A DNA stretch of 64,000 nucleotides from NCBI GenBank assembly GCA_035444565.1, contig DAOMOX010000002.1:8013-72012 (forward strand), in the 5' to 3' direction. The position numbers were made by a program, and so were the translations under genes. A model generated the notes under the pieces. It ran no database searches and was not told the DNA's origin. It saw nothing but the letters and a program-made list of their open reading frames with translations. Shown here in pieces: positions 28,501-35,885 of this stretch; positions within the stretch are counted from its first letter, which is position 1; every line of letters begins with the position of its first letter. This stretch comes from Candidatus Dojkabacteria bacterium. GTDB lineage: Bacteria > Patescibacteriota > Dojkabacteria > B142 > OLB20.

Positions 28501-30771
28501 AGCAGGGTCAAAGTGCAAAGCTCCGTAATATGTCTCAGAACCATCAGGATTCTCAACGACAGCCACTCCTCCATTTAACGGTTCGTTTAGCTCTGCTACT
28601 ACACCATCTTCACCCCAGATTTCGTGACCTTCTCTTACTACCTCAGCGACTGCCTCCCCAATACCATTTCCAGGTGTAACTTCTCCGATGCCGACGGATT
28701 GACTGTCACTGCCAGCTGGTTCATAAAGAACTTGATCAAGTATGGCAGATGTGGGTTGTTCGAAGACAGCTGCCATCTGAACTGCTATAGATGCATCTAT
28801 TCCAAATTCTTCGTGAAGTAATTTTTGTATATTACCTTCATGTTTATCAATCATCTCTGGTGTGATGCCATCTAAGAGATTGATTTGATCATCTGTAAGG
28901 GTTCTTATGGTATCCACATTTACTATTTGTCGTTCGTGTAATTCAGTTCGCTCCTCAGAGTCTGCACCCTGTATATTATGCAAAGCTTTTTGTATATCAT
29001 CAATTTTATTGCTTAACTCAACCTGTTCCAATTCGCTGATTGGCTTTTGCCAATGTTCGACGGATGAATCCACATGCTCAGCGGGTGGAGCTTCTTCTAT
29101 CACCCTACTACCTGTAGTTTCTGGTGTTTGATTATCAATATTGTTTTCTAGAGAAGTCTCCGTTAATACTGCTTCATCAGTTTGTTTAGAATCTTCTCGA
29201 TATACCATTTGCTCCACACCACCATTGTCAGCTCTATGGAATTCACCTTTCTCAACAGCATCAGCCATTGCTTGATACCTTTCGTAATCATTATGGCTAT
29301 CGACCTTATCTTGTGCAATTCTTGCTAAACTCTCCAAAGCGTCTTCGCGAACTTGAGATGGTGGTGTTTGAAGATGGTCAGCCTGGTCGACAACATCATT
29401 AGTCTCGTTTGAATCCATCCCATAACCGGAAGTTGCTGCTAGATATTCATCGAAAAAGTCATCTGAATCATTATCTCTTAAATCGTATAATTCTCCTGAT
29501 ACTACGGCTCCTGCTGGCATAAATATACTTGCCACAACTCCAGTAAGCCTGAGGGTATTTAGTGATAATTGAATTACCTTTCTTTGCTTTGGGGTCAATC
29601 TATCTAATAATCCTGCATCTGGCTCTTTATTACTAAGTAGAATTTCTGCAATTCCTTCATCCTCAAAACCTCGCACTTCTAGTATTGACGCCTGTTCAGG
29701 ATTGAGTTTCCCTTGCGAAATAAGCTCTTGTTCTTGTTGGTATTTATTCTGTAGTAATCTCCTAGCTAAAAATTCCAATTCAGTCAATGTGAGGTTTGTT
29801 CCATTATCTGCGTTGATTTGATCCAAAGCAGCTTTAGCAATTTTCTTTGTACCAGAATCAAATCCCATATTAGCGAATCTATATGCCATCTCAACTGACA
29901 TGTTCACACCTTGATCATTGGTCCAAATTACTGTACTTTCTGCTGAATGAGTAGGTAAATATGTCTTACTCTGAAGATTTTTATAACCTTTTGCCACTGT
30001 TTCGATAGAAGTAATTGAAGGTGCTGTTATATCAGTAATGTCTTCTCTTTTCTTAAGTGCGATCGTCGTAATTTCGTCAATACTCGTATTTGGGTTTAAC
30101 ACGTGTTCTGTAGTAATTAATTTGGATGCTAATTCTGATTCGTGAAGTAGTGCTACAAGCTCTCTCGGTAGGACTTTATTTAATTTGCCGTCCGTTGTGA
30201 GATTAACATATTTACTTAATACATCATTTAAACTTGCAAGGGATGCTCCATAATTTTCACCTAAAACATCAATTGACTCGCCTAAATACCTCTGAATAGT
30301 CTCAAAAACTATAAGCTGCCCATCTGCACTTAGATTTCCTTCTTTACTAAATAACTCCTTGTCACTGATTTCTAGTTCATTTAGTAGTCTATCTAGATAA
30401 TAAGCAAATGCTGCATCTTCAGTTTCAGATGTTGTATCTAATTCTGGAAGAATTTCATATATTTTATCTGCTCTCTGCACAATAGACAGAGAAGATGTCA
30501 CCTCCTTCCTTTTGGTTTTACCACCTCCTAATATTTTGAGACCTCCGATTTTAACGACTTCTGTTCTGGTATATCTCTCTCCTAACAAAACGTTATTCCG
30601 GAATTCCACGTCTGGCTTATAATCACCACTATCTAACAATAGAGGATTTTCCGTTCTGTTACCTAACAAATCTTGTGCTGCCATTGTTGCAAATACTTCT
30701 GTCATAACTCGCACATCAGGCGGGATATTTGTTGGTTTAGTGACTTCTACCACTGATCTCTCAATTCCCAT
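19591..30771 (-). CDS. Giant (3726 aa) bitopic membrane protein: N-terminal region of about 2600 aa with Thr/Pro-rich low-complexity stalks, one TM helix with an RRRQEK stop-transfer, and an acidic C-terminal domain of about 1100 aa
   Basis: Single hydrophobic segment PLIIGSVATLGILTAAFGGFALYRRRQEK (aa about 2600), preceded by a PT/TA-rich stalk (…TPEPTTAPLEPVPGEG…). Additional PT tracts sit at aa about 1390 and about 2240. No recognisable catalytic motifs and no N-terminal signal peptide. The intact 11.2-kb ORF is co-directional and contiguous with the MutS-like ATPase gene. Confidence 0.6.
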   Translation of the reverse strand: MGIERSVVEVTKPTNIPPDVRVMTEVFATMAAQDLLGNRTENPLLLDSGDYKPDVEFRNNVLLGERYTRTEVVKIGGLKILGGGKTKRKEVTSSLSIVQRADKIYEILPELDTTSETEDAAFAYYLDRLLNELEISDKELFSKEGNLSADGQLIVFETIQRYLGESIDVLGENYGASLASLNDVLSKYVNLTTDGKLNKVLPRELVALLHESELASKLITTEHVLNPNTSIDEITTIALKKREDITDITAPSITSIETVAKGYKNLQSKTYLPTHSAESTVIWTNDQGVNMSVEMAYRFANMGFDSGTKKIAKAALDQINADNGTNLTLTELEFLARRLLQNKYQQEQELISQGKLNPEQASILEVRGFEDEGIAEILLSNKEPDAGLLDRLTPKQRKVIQLSLNTLRLTGVVASIFMPAGAVVSGELYDLRDNDSDDFFDEYLAATSGYGMDSNETNDVVDQADHLQTPPSQVREDALESLARIAQDKVDSHNDYERYQAMADAVEKGEFHRADNGGVEQMVYREDSKQTDEAVLTETSLENNIDNQTPETTGSRVIEEAPPAEHVDSSVEHWQKPISELEQVELSNKIDDIQKALHNIQGADSEERTELHERQIVNVDTIRTLTDDQINLLDGITPEMIDKHEGNIQKLLHEEFGIDASIAVQMAAVFEQPTSAILDQVLYEPAGSDSQSVGIGEVTPGNGIGEAVAEVVREGHEIWGEDGVVAELNEPLNGGVAVVENPDGSETYYGALHFDPATGTYKLESPESATTHAGSLAFGFDVDHDVEPEIVYKQVEQIVGDINVLDTENPEEELEHRLSEVSKYAGWTYGDVKDWLNNHPEEESITIAARSYSLTDTGELNVRTNYIPSDVNHSQYQENDLLLVGGKIDDTPIAGANLEKDILFYQVVDNIFAPVPDELNNHVDHSPVILGTSEHAKVIDLFVSDIDLERLPSDDDLFIRTMRTSQDEFVVQVVYAVVPDVDGENAIYDGDLRNAPDNIIYASQFLEGDEWIGRPVDELKTELHNIVNSDNFKTQIENVDEIGTSVVLSNGETAFPFDNLPETGRVITGEIPSEGYFNETDGLPYGTLSLKVDIDGDNTTAEGSIVYGLVVLENNQWRLINESDITEENGQKVVQDGLLTQEIELSRFPSNTPVTLDVDEILNQMPSPEGIEQLQEIGLTNEQINAVADATDNILSSNNSITFSTWNDVLNHYQSALTGDQLKELINDGLLTLPSSTGQSVQLIIGEPQTFTTMLGNIVYTHNSPNEDFDVASISRDETQVERFYNNSGYPNPQDVLVLKPHSMLSELVISESNIKDLTPYIINEGGNLVEDSIPGVLNSGYSISLNGVVDGEILNDSGAGSGIRILNVVEQEGENATFVENKFVLVTIPGDSNLGTHNRIFLVELSAEQTEDLSDGKMTQEHIDEIYKDAQASVDITLGRTIDADTVPELEPISGTNISPVSMSTVVDNSTTLGTSGTQTTAPTSLSDLPQTLQSEIQTYLNELDEGELPIITLQVDGEEREFVIVTTSSNQTRSVIGEQTEFTVMAGPQSIVSELSLVELTEDIGIDMRLRAVGPIAQDESTGEGVTTEETVDEQVEDGVEDESDSAEDIVSPTVEIPDTEFTVGSDVVTTNIPIFGGSENSTSEEVAQSNKLAEESLIEHGVALRSQTFNEINNEGVEEQRTYYTLEINADSSGRITGSLHGGPHFYGIDAGDIPEDIEGLKALADKLIEEGKIDLDEFLTSNDKYVTLNEIGDDVATQIKNQGVALIDVEGQLFISTAVNSDYEIISGDNIPPDTRILEFRINEEERPGSVGDMVELANQKIAEYLPDSLQVTGDNAETVTNPTPEPTGDTTNSTEPTPTSPPPSTTPTATSEPAVEEGTITATPETGDEGPTPVPEGTIEAQEAEINFVDEEEYRKNILDNFEGGDSLGNGSDQKGQWMMKEVSGKGDNGIYVYLNTDNDIDPEYRLTVRPSEGSEAYVVIEKYENNSYQRVDDKNFESLTREEFITAFPDVPEGDYIELIKGIFDRVAEATRNVSTPEPVEEEPTLAPTVDASATPTEAQKLMEEFPPEPKEFQRLDKENPIEINLTINGQQTKFNVSYDLVEQIASKMGYSIHLNGNQDFVPNNINFSIGDEYREIIEQRSSVATTPPNYTEDGFKFHTISIFQNFNEDVNDGQTIAGEGMDIIREEISQLLVNGLILSAIERFPEGDYKFEHLYEALKELGIEDRYDSDIPEQFRTGRLAPFSELTQHALLDVIERENGGRWDGLEDSGYLIRVLNFEGTVVETDDPAVALMTLHSTIQSLLGERILYTTDEGDENPITSTSVQSYEEVVAIYTNPRMLNRLQEILNEKNINIFNLLGIKDTDENPKLDIQVDQATINTFNNLSDSDVQGTPPVTSTPEPTATSTAEPEATPISTAEPTLTQTATATISAPTATAAFDFESLEDPRISDQYGSVIYKEGDDFVVTEESFIIVNRDNSPSPEVVVKLMKPDGSNYGDEVVVYSVAGTSNGNQISKGTYSVLDLPQSVKDFIKDNVEGQNQLPRSESRVEVTTASVTPSATAQTTATNTTQAPTAEAKQSQEELTATTVTTPEETASVTATSIPTEQSPTAETTFTATPEPTEEVKETATSEIEPFVTPEPTTAPLEPVPGEGVDTDAMLEDAGIPEDMKKPLIIGSVATLGILTAAFGGFALYRRRQEKIRDEEFREGLGINEDQHNEIKNAIINSDLFERVSWALGSPLILSDERIYLETPQYVHIFYPSEQVVLSNKDNSSLDLNRGQIRTLFSRNLLGSGESSYDRNIRYSISFDTQDISQNEVVDREDILRRIENDVKNTNEIPEILGRLLSPELPQGIIETLKLKKGINKITDLNELRRIVGQTIIEEIDRVGDYYTFTTREIPGLEGLGIYEYVLVENFSSTPEEEPLLDLTDVVLGDSTFIVSDKFREYKEKDDIRSQLELALNQPIIGENSKVAYYYSQYSGYDAWILNGDIRIRDKDISKIISLEPEQEALLASRSYIYSNAIDGNPTFDNRDEYVNSLLAGYKNLFSDELNENDVQGLLQTVINNDVLSSDIPESVISDLSERNPDSNPDDFREKFVEVLVRKIINNEVTLQTRTIPEMPDGISAWEFVVVDAEVDQSDRNDLVAEPLISEAAVDVESEGAEYTILDITPGATVYDTYIEIRGKYNDPDMGLTSNEFSRRLPSNVLYTLRNIEKDTRGSDNITRIVLNEINRRTALWLSDDASESGNIDYENLPEAEVLELLEYAGLIIKDADTSTEDVMQIKGKLKVDREKVAGKERLTEKFNELLVIPVEQAETIMKEEPFTETESTSESGDSVELSFQNAEATKRALLHYNMRRLGELVELVGGQLDENAKDEIVSGRREVRFSPVTDERSEEKWLVEKTDLLEIIKNKREEINAVVGSEISDEEIVLDLIRGRLVYTVDETDDSKFVFKSNKIERIDDTGDLANRMPDLVKMGYVTLTNEVVDDFIDVSEDGDTTRKIADRINEGVAEGKYQLRVEEENLGGIEGWVVKVSLVEENRTDAEKRLIELASSPQDKELVGREAEDVEDLPVDNPILPIMGTETVIDTDSNTENLRAYLTTNEITLPNEEILDLVRNVIKNELQTDRTGLKRELDLIINEIMNNQDPNADTVRKNTITAISNAAKIITAQLTNNEYQQLLNKITIKLRSRLGKLDLPKQITETTAQYYILEIMYASIK

Positions 30772-31081
30772 TTGTTTTTTCTATTAATGCATAATTAAAT
30801 ATCTCCCTAACATCGGAGTTTACAGACTTAAATATATTTTCAATGTCTGTTTCATTAAGTTTTTCATTCATAAAATCTAAAAACTCAATCGTAATACCAC
30901 TTTTTAAAATATTTAACATTAGCGGTTTTTCTTCTGTTGGGAGCTTTATGAACAAATAATTAATAACTTTATTAATTAATAGAGTTCGCATAATAGAGTC
31001 TTTACTTGATAAATCCTGAGAAAAAATCACTTTAAGTAGTGCCTGATATTTATCTTTTGAATTAATTCTCTTCAATTTCAT
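30761..31081 (-). CDS. Hypothetical 106-aa protein, first gene of the giant-protein operon (overlaps the start of the 3726-aa gene by 11 nt)
   Basis: Intact ORF whose stop overlaps the start of the giant ORF. No recognisable motifs. Confidence 0.35.
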   Translation of the reverse strand: MKLKRINSKDKYQALLKVIFSQDLSSKDSIMRTLLINKVINYLFIKLPTEEKPLMLNILKSGITIEFLDFMNEKLNETDIENIFKSVNSDVREIFNYALIEKTNGN

Positions 31082-31294
31082 AAAAGTGTCGATTTAGTGT
31101 ATTTATGTAATACTTTGATATTAATGATTATATAACACATTCAAATTTCTGTGTTATGTTAATAAAGTTATTTAAATCATACAGTTTTTAATAGAAAAAT
31201 AAAGTTTTTTCTAAATCACGTTTAAATTTTTATTGTTTGAATTTACTTAAATTGAATAAAAATATAAGATGTAAATATCTTTAATAATTTCGCT

Positions 31295-31750
31295 TTGATT
31301 CCAATCATTTACGCATCAACTTCTGGCAATGTTGAGGCCACATGCCAAAGAGTTTCAGATCTACTAAATGAAGCAGGTTACGAGACATCACTTCATAGAG
31401 CAGAGAATACAGAATTCCATATCATTCAGAAATCAAACACTATGATTTTCGCAACTTCGACTTGGGAACACGGAGAATTAAACCCTTTTTTTAATAAATT
31501 ATTAAAAGAAATTGAAGCAAATGACCTAACTGGCAAGAAAGCAGCGTTTATAGGTCTTGGTGACACAAGATACGAACAAGTATTATATTGTAAAGGAATT
31601 GATATTGTGAGAGAAGCATTTTTGAAATCAGGGGGAATGGATATCTCATCTCCAATCAAAATTAACGGAGAGCCCTATCAATACTTCAACTCTACGGTAT
31701 TAAACTGGACAAATAAACTAATCGAATCACTAAAAAATGAATCAAATTGA
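31295..31750 (+). CDS. Flavodoxin (short-chain), TTG start
   Basis: IPIIYASTSGNVEATCQRV matches the flavodoxin FMN-phosphate-binding signature (T/S-x-T-G-x-T). Also ATSTWEHGE and FIGLGDTRYE. About 150 aa. It overlaps the start of the downstream oxidoreductase. Confidence 0.65.
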   Translation: MIPIIYASTSGNVEATCQRVSDLLNEAGYETSLHRAENTEFHIIQKSNTMIFATSTWEHGELNPFFNKLLKEIEANDLTGKKAAFIGLGDTRYEQVLYCKGIDIVREAFLKSGGMDISSPIKINGEPYQYFNSTVLNWTNKLIESLKNESN

Positions 31751-33476
31751 TATTAAAAGATTTTCAATAAAATTCGGAGGTGAATCAGGCCAAGGAATTA
31801 ATTCCCTTGGTGAAATATTAGCTAAGGCACTGAAAAATTCAGGTTATAAAATCTTTGGCTATAGAGAATATCCATCCTTAATTCGTGGCGGATATGCCTC
31901 ATATCAGATTGATGTCGCAAATGATTCGATTAATTCTTCAAGTCAATTTTGTGATATTCTCGTATGTTCAAGCCGTAGATCAATTTATCAATATCTGAGA
32001 GACTTGAGACCCAACGGTCTACTCATTCATACACTCACTGCAGTATCATTCAAAACTGAAGATCAAGAATTTATTTCTCAGAACAACATCCAAGTTAAAT
32101 ATGTAGATGCTTTAACTCTGGCAAAACAGCAAGGTGGTAACGCCTTGATGTCTAATATGATTTTACTTGGTGCATTGTCTGAAATCATTGGTTTAGACTT
32201 AGCTGCTGTTGAACATATTGTAAGCGAGCAGTTTGCAGATAAACCAAAACTTTTGGAAATAGATTTAAAGTGCTTGAAGGTTGGCCATGAATTAAATATT
32301 GCTGATTATCCACTAACTTTCATTAAACACGAAGGATGGCATGAATCCAAAATCATCACAGGAAATCATGCAATAGCACTTGGAGCAATTTCGGCCGGTG
32401 CCAGAGCTTACTACTCATACCCCATGACCCCCGCTTCATCGATTTTGACTTACTTGGCTGAAACATCTCACGAAAGTGGTATGTTAGTAAAACAAGCTGA
32501 GGATGAAATCACTGCAGCACAGATGGCACTTGGTTCTATGCACATAGGAACTAGAGCTTTCACCGGAACTTCAGGAGGTGGGTTTGATTTAATGACAGAA
32601 ACTATTTCATTGGCTGGGATTATAGAAACACCTTTAGTTCTTGTCCTCGCACAACGACCTGGTCCTGCAACAGGACTTCCTACTTGGACATCAGCAGGTG
32701 ACTTAAATCTAGCACTCCATGCAGGACATGGAGAATTCCCTAGAATTGTTTTATCCGCAAGTGACTTTGAGAGCGCATATTCATTAATCCAAAACGCATT
32801 TGATTTAGCCGAGAAGTTCCAGACGCCTGTCATATTGCTCACAGAAAAACAGATTGCAGAAGGTTTATACAATATTAAAGACTTGCCACGAGATTTAGAG
32901 ATTAATAGATATTTAATCTCCGAAGCCGATGTCACAGACAAGACTAATCTAAAGCGATATCAATTCAAAGAGAATGGAATCTCACCAAGATGGCTTCCTG
33001 GTAGTGATTTACCGCAATACAATGCAAATGGAGATGAACATGATGAAATTGGTGATGTCAACGAAGAGGCTCTCAATGCAAAATTAATTGCCGAAAAACG
33101 AATGAAAAAGATGAATTTGATAACACAATCACTACCAGAACCTACACTTTATGGAGACAATGATGCTGATATTACTTTCATAGGCTGGGGAAGTGTTAAG
33201 CCTGTAGTCTATGATGTCAGAAATTTACTCTCACAAAATAATAATGATTTGAAAATTAACTATCTTCACTACGATTACTTGTTCCCATTAAAAACTGAGA
33301 GATTGCTAGAAATACTTAAGACTACAAAAAGACCAGTACTAATTGAAAATAACTATTTAGGTCAACTTGGCAATCTGATTACATCTGAGACTGGATTTAA
33401 GTTTAACGAAAAATTATTAAAATATGATGGTAGGCCTTTCTTTATTGAAGACATATTAAATTTTATTAATTCTTAA
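31737..33476 (+). CDS. 2-oxoacid:ferredoxin(flavodoxin) oxidoreductase, fused gamma-alpha subunit (KorA/PorGA-like)
   Basis: N-terminal gamma-type domain FGGESGQGINSLGEILAKALKNSGYKIFGYREYPSLIRGG. Alpha domain ITGNHAIALGAISAGARAYYSYPMTPASSI, AEDEITAAQMALG, GGGFDLMTE. Confidence 0.8.
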   Translation: MNQIDIKRFSIKFGGESGQGINSLGEILAKALKNSGYKIFGYREYPSLIRGGYASYQIDVANDSINSSSQFCDILVCSSRRSIYQYLRDLRPNGLLIHTLTAVSFKTEDQEFISQNNIQVKYVDALTLAKQQGGNALMSNMILLGALSEIIGLDLAAVEHIVSEQFADKPKLLEIDLKCLKVGHELNIADYPLTFIKHEGWHESKIITGNHAIALGAISAGARAYYSYPMTPASSILTYLAETSHESGMLVKQAEDEITAAQMALGSMHIGTRAFTGTSGGGFDLMTETISLAGIIETPLVLVLAQRPGPATGLPTWTSAGDLNLALHAGHGEFPRIVLSASDFESAYSLIQNAFDLAEKFQTPVILLTEKQIAEGLYNIKDLPRDLEINRYLISEADVTDKTNLKRYQFKENGISPRWLPGSDLPQYNANGDEHDEIGDVNEEALNAKLIAEKRMKKMNLITQSLPEPTLYGDNDADITFIGWGSVKPVVYDVRNLLSQNNNDLKINYLHYDYLFPLKTERLLEILKTTKRPVLIENNYLGQLGNLITSETGFKFNEKLLKYDGRPFFIEDILNFINS

Positions 33477-33479
33477 CTA

Positions 33480-34388
33480 ATGGGTAGTTTATGCAACACA
33501 TACTTTGAAAATGGGGATGTCTCTCTGAAAGACTATTATTCTGATAATATCTATACCTGGTGCACAAACTGCGGAAATTACGGGATAGCAGCTGCCACAA
33601 AGAGAGCATTGGTTGCAGAAAACATTGTACCGAAAGATACATTTATGTGTTTCGATATTGGTTGTAATGGAAACGGCTCTGACAAAATTGGAGGATATCG
33701 ACTCCATGGACTTCATGGACGTGTAATTCCAGTCGCTACAGGAGCAGCTTTAGCAAATAGAAATATGACTGTTATAGCTTCTGGAGGTGATGGGGCGACT
33801 TTAAGTGAAGGAATTGGACATTTAGTTCACGCAATACGCTCAAACTATAATATTACATTCCTCATGCACAATAATTGCAATTACGGACTCACAACTGGAC
33901 AAGCTTCTGCTTCGACAAGACCTGGAGTACCTATGAACTCATCACCCGATGGTACGACTGCGGACACAATGAACTTTATGAACTTCGTATTAAGTCTAGG
34001 GGCATCATTTGCTGCTAGAACATTTTCTGGTAATGTAAATCAAATGACGGAAGTGATTCGCGCAGGTATAAAACACAAAGGTTTTACAGTAGTCGAGATT
34101 CTTCAAAATTGTCCCACTTATAATAAAGACACAACTCATGAATGGTACCAGGATAGAGTTTACGATACTATTGAGCTTAATGATTTTGATAACACAAACC
34201 TCGACTCAGCATTAAGTATTTCCAGAGATATGTCTGAAAGAATCGCGACTGGCATTTTATATGTAAATCCGAACTCAGTTCCATTTGACCAACGCCTGGA
34301 AAATCGTAAAGGTTATGCAACCGAACTCGTTGACGAAGTGAAAAGTTACAATGGAGTAAGTCAGGAACTTTTCAGTAGATTTATTTAG
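33480..34388 (+). CDS. 2-oxoacid:ferredoxin oxidoreductase beta subunit (TPP-binding, KorB/PorB-like)
   Basis: TWCTNCGNYG, IASGGDGATLSEGIGHLVHAIRSNYNITFLMHNNCNYGLTTGQAS (TPP-binding GDG...NN motif). Confidence 0.8.
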   Translation: MGSLCNTYFENGDVSLKDYYSDNIYTWCTNCGNYGIAAATKRALVAENIVPKDTFMCFDIGCNGNGSDKIGGYRLHGLHGRVIPVATGAALANRNMTVIASGGDGATLSEGIGHLVHAIRSNYNITFLMHNNCNYGLTTGQASASTRPGVPMNSSPDGTTADTMNFMNFVLSLGASFAARTFSGNVNQMTEVIRAGIKHKGFTVVEILQNCPTYNKDTTHEWYQDRVYDTIELNDFDNTNLDSALSISRDMSERIATGILYVNPNSVPFDQRLENRKGYATELVDEVKSYNGVSQELFSRFI

Positions 34389-34403
34389 CCTCAAGTCATT
34401 CCG

Positions 34404-34840
34404 CGTCTCTCCGCGGTTTAACCGCGGAGTCCCGTCTTTCCGTGCTTCAAGCAGGGAATCCCGTTAATTCTCTCAAACGCAATTATTGTGAAAACGGGTT
34501 CCCGTGGTTAAACCACGGGAAGACCTTGGGTTGGCGTTTTCGTGGTTGAACCACGGAATGACCACGGGAAGACTTCGAGTATTTCATTCATCTCAGCGTC
34601 TCTCCGTGGTTTACCCACGGAGTCCCGTCTTACCGTTCTTCATGCAAGGAGTCGCGTTTTTCCCTTCTTCATGCACGGAATCCCGTCAATCTATGCATTA
34701 ACTGATGAGTCCCGTATACTTTCCTTACCGCACCTACAGTAAAATCGAGATTCCGTGGTCAAGCCACGGAATGACCTCGAATATTTCGTTCTCCCCTGCG
34801 TCTCTCCGCTGTCACTCCGTGGTTTAACCACGGAGTCTCA
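34404..34840. repeat. Array of GC-rich palindromic hairpin repeats (6 copies of the TCCGTGGTTTAACCACGGA family) embedded in 2-3 copies of longer composite direct repeats (about 65 and about 110 bp)
   Basis: Perfect or near-perfect 19-21-bp palindromes at 34411-34429, 34502-34520, 34540-34559, 34604-34622, 34752-34772 and 34817-34835. The flanking motif GCGTCTCTCCG recurs three times and the motif CCACGGAATGACC...CGA..TATTTC twice. They lie in the convergent intergenic region between korB and miaA, and the region is far more GC-rich than its surroundings. Confidence 0.7.
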
Positions 34841-34847
34841 TCATTCA

Positions 34848-35843
34848 CTAAGTGCGTAGTACCCCCTCAAAACGTACTTTCATTAAGTTATACCCCCTCC
34901 TATCATTCTCAAACCATGTAATCTGCCTAGAGGCGTAATTTCTATGAGCTTGCTTCATCTTTGTTTTGGCTTCATCGAGAGTTATTTCGCCCTCTAAATA
35001 TTCAACCACTTCTTTGTATCCCATTCCCTGCATCGATTTACATTCTTTAAACCCTTTTCTCAACAGCTCTTTGACTTCCTCTACTAAGCCTTCGTTAAAC
35101 ATTTCCTCAACACGGTTATTGATCCTCTCGTATAAAAAGTCTCTATCAAACTTCGGATAATACATAATATGTGGAATCATTTTATTACTTACTTCCTTAG
35201 AATTCCCCATTTGTGCTAGTTCAATTCTACGAATCAATCTTCGTTTATTAAATCTATCACTCTCATTTAATCCTAATGCGGCTTTAGGTGAGATTTGGTA
35301 TAGATGGTCATATAATTGCTCTACTGAAAACCTTGATAAGTCACCTCTTAATATGTTATCTTTTTCAACTTTTGCTAGTGAGTAGTTTTTTAGAATTGAG
35401 TCAATATAGAGTCCAGTTCCACCAACTAATATTGGGATTTTTCCATCCTCTCTTATTTTATTTATTAACTCTTTTGTTAAGAATTGGAAATCTGCAACTG
35501 AAAAATCCTCATCGGGTTCAATGATATCAAACATGTATCCAACAACACCTGAATTTTCAATCTCATAAGCATTTATTTCGCAAACATTTTTACTTTCACC
35601 CTTTTCAACCTCATTCTCTGAATATTCTTTTATCAATTTATGGTTATTTAACATTTTAATTCCTAAATCTCTGAATCTCTTAACTTCCCCCTTGTTAGTC
35701 CCAATATCCATACCTCTGTATACCTGCATTGAGTCTGCATTGATAATCACTCCATTAATCTTTTTTGCCAAATCAATAGCATACTGAGTCTTTCCACTAG
35801 CAGTTGGTCCCGCCACTACTATTAATTCATCAAAACTGTTCAT
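34848..35843 (-). CDS. miaA: tRNA dimethylallyltransferase MiaA
   Basis: IVVAGPTASGKTQYAIDLAKKINGVIINADSMQVYRGMDIGTNK (P-loop and DSMQVY motif). 331 aa, with an insertion. Confidence 0.9.
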   Translation of the reverse strand: MNSFDELIVVAGPTASGKTQYAIDLAKKINGVIINADSMQVYRGMDIGTNKGEVKRFRDLGIKMLNNHKLIKEYSENEVEKGESKNVCEINAYEIENSGVVGYMFDIIEPDEDFSVADFQFLTKELINKIREDGKIPILVGGTGLYIDSILKNYSLAKVEKDNILRGDLSRFSVEQLYDHLYQISPKAALGLNESDRFNKRRLIRRIELAQMGNSKEVSNKMIPHIMYYPKFDRDFLYERINNRVEEMFNEGLVEEVKELLRKGFKECKSMQGMGYKEVVEYLEGEITLDEAKTKMKQAHRNYASRQITWFENDRRGYNLMKVRFEGVLRT

Positions 35844-35885
35844 TGCATCAAATTTACGCTAAATTATATATAAATATTACTGTCC

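Noticed and set aside
20255-29131. Numerous 60-130-aa opposite-strand ORFs inside the giant genes (e.g. 22715-23068, 25051-25303, 26624-26893, 28907-29131)
   Set aside because: They are Ser/Thr/Val-rich and low-complexity, lie antisense to an intact 11-kb ORF, and have no independent signals.
14875-31294. Integrated mobile element or prophage at the tRNA-Leu locus carrying the giant genes
   Set aside because: No integrase, recombinase, transposase or phage structural genes were recognised. The only att-like fragment lies between the tRNA and the cargo rather than at the distal end. Horizontal origin stays possible but is unsupported here.
34504-34742. ORFs 34504-34701 and 34542-34742 (65-66 aa)
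   Set aside because: They lie wholly inside the GC-rich palindromic repeat array. Their Arg/Pro/Ser-rich translations are typical of GC-rich non-coding sequence.
34404-34840. CRISPR array
   Set aside because: The palindromes differ in sequence, spacing is irregular (19-170 bp), unit boundaries are nested direct repeats rather than repeat-spacer periodicity, and no cas genes are present.
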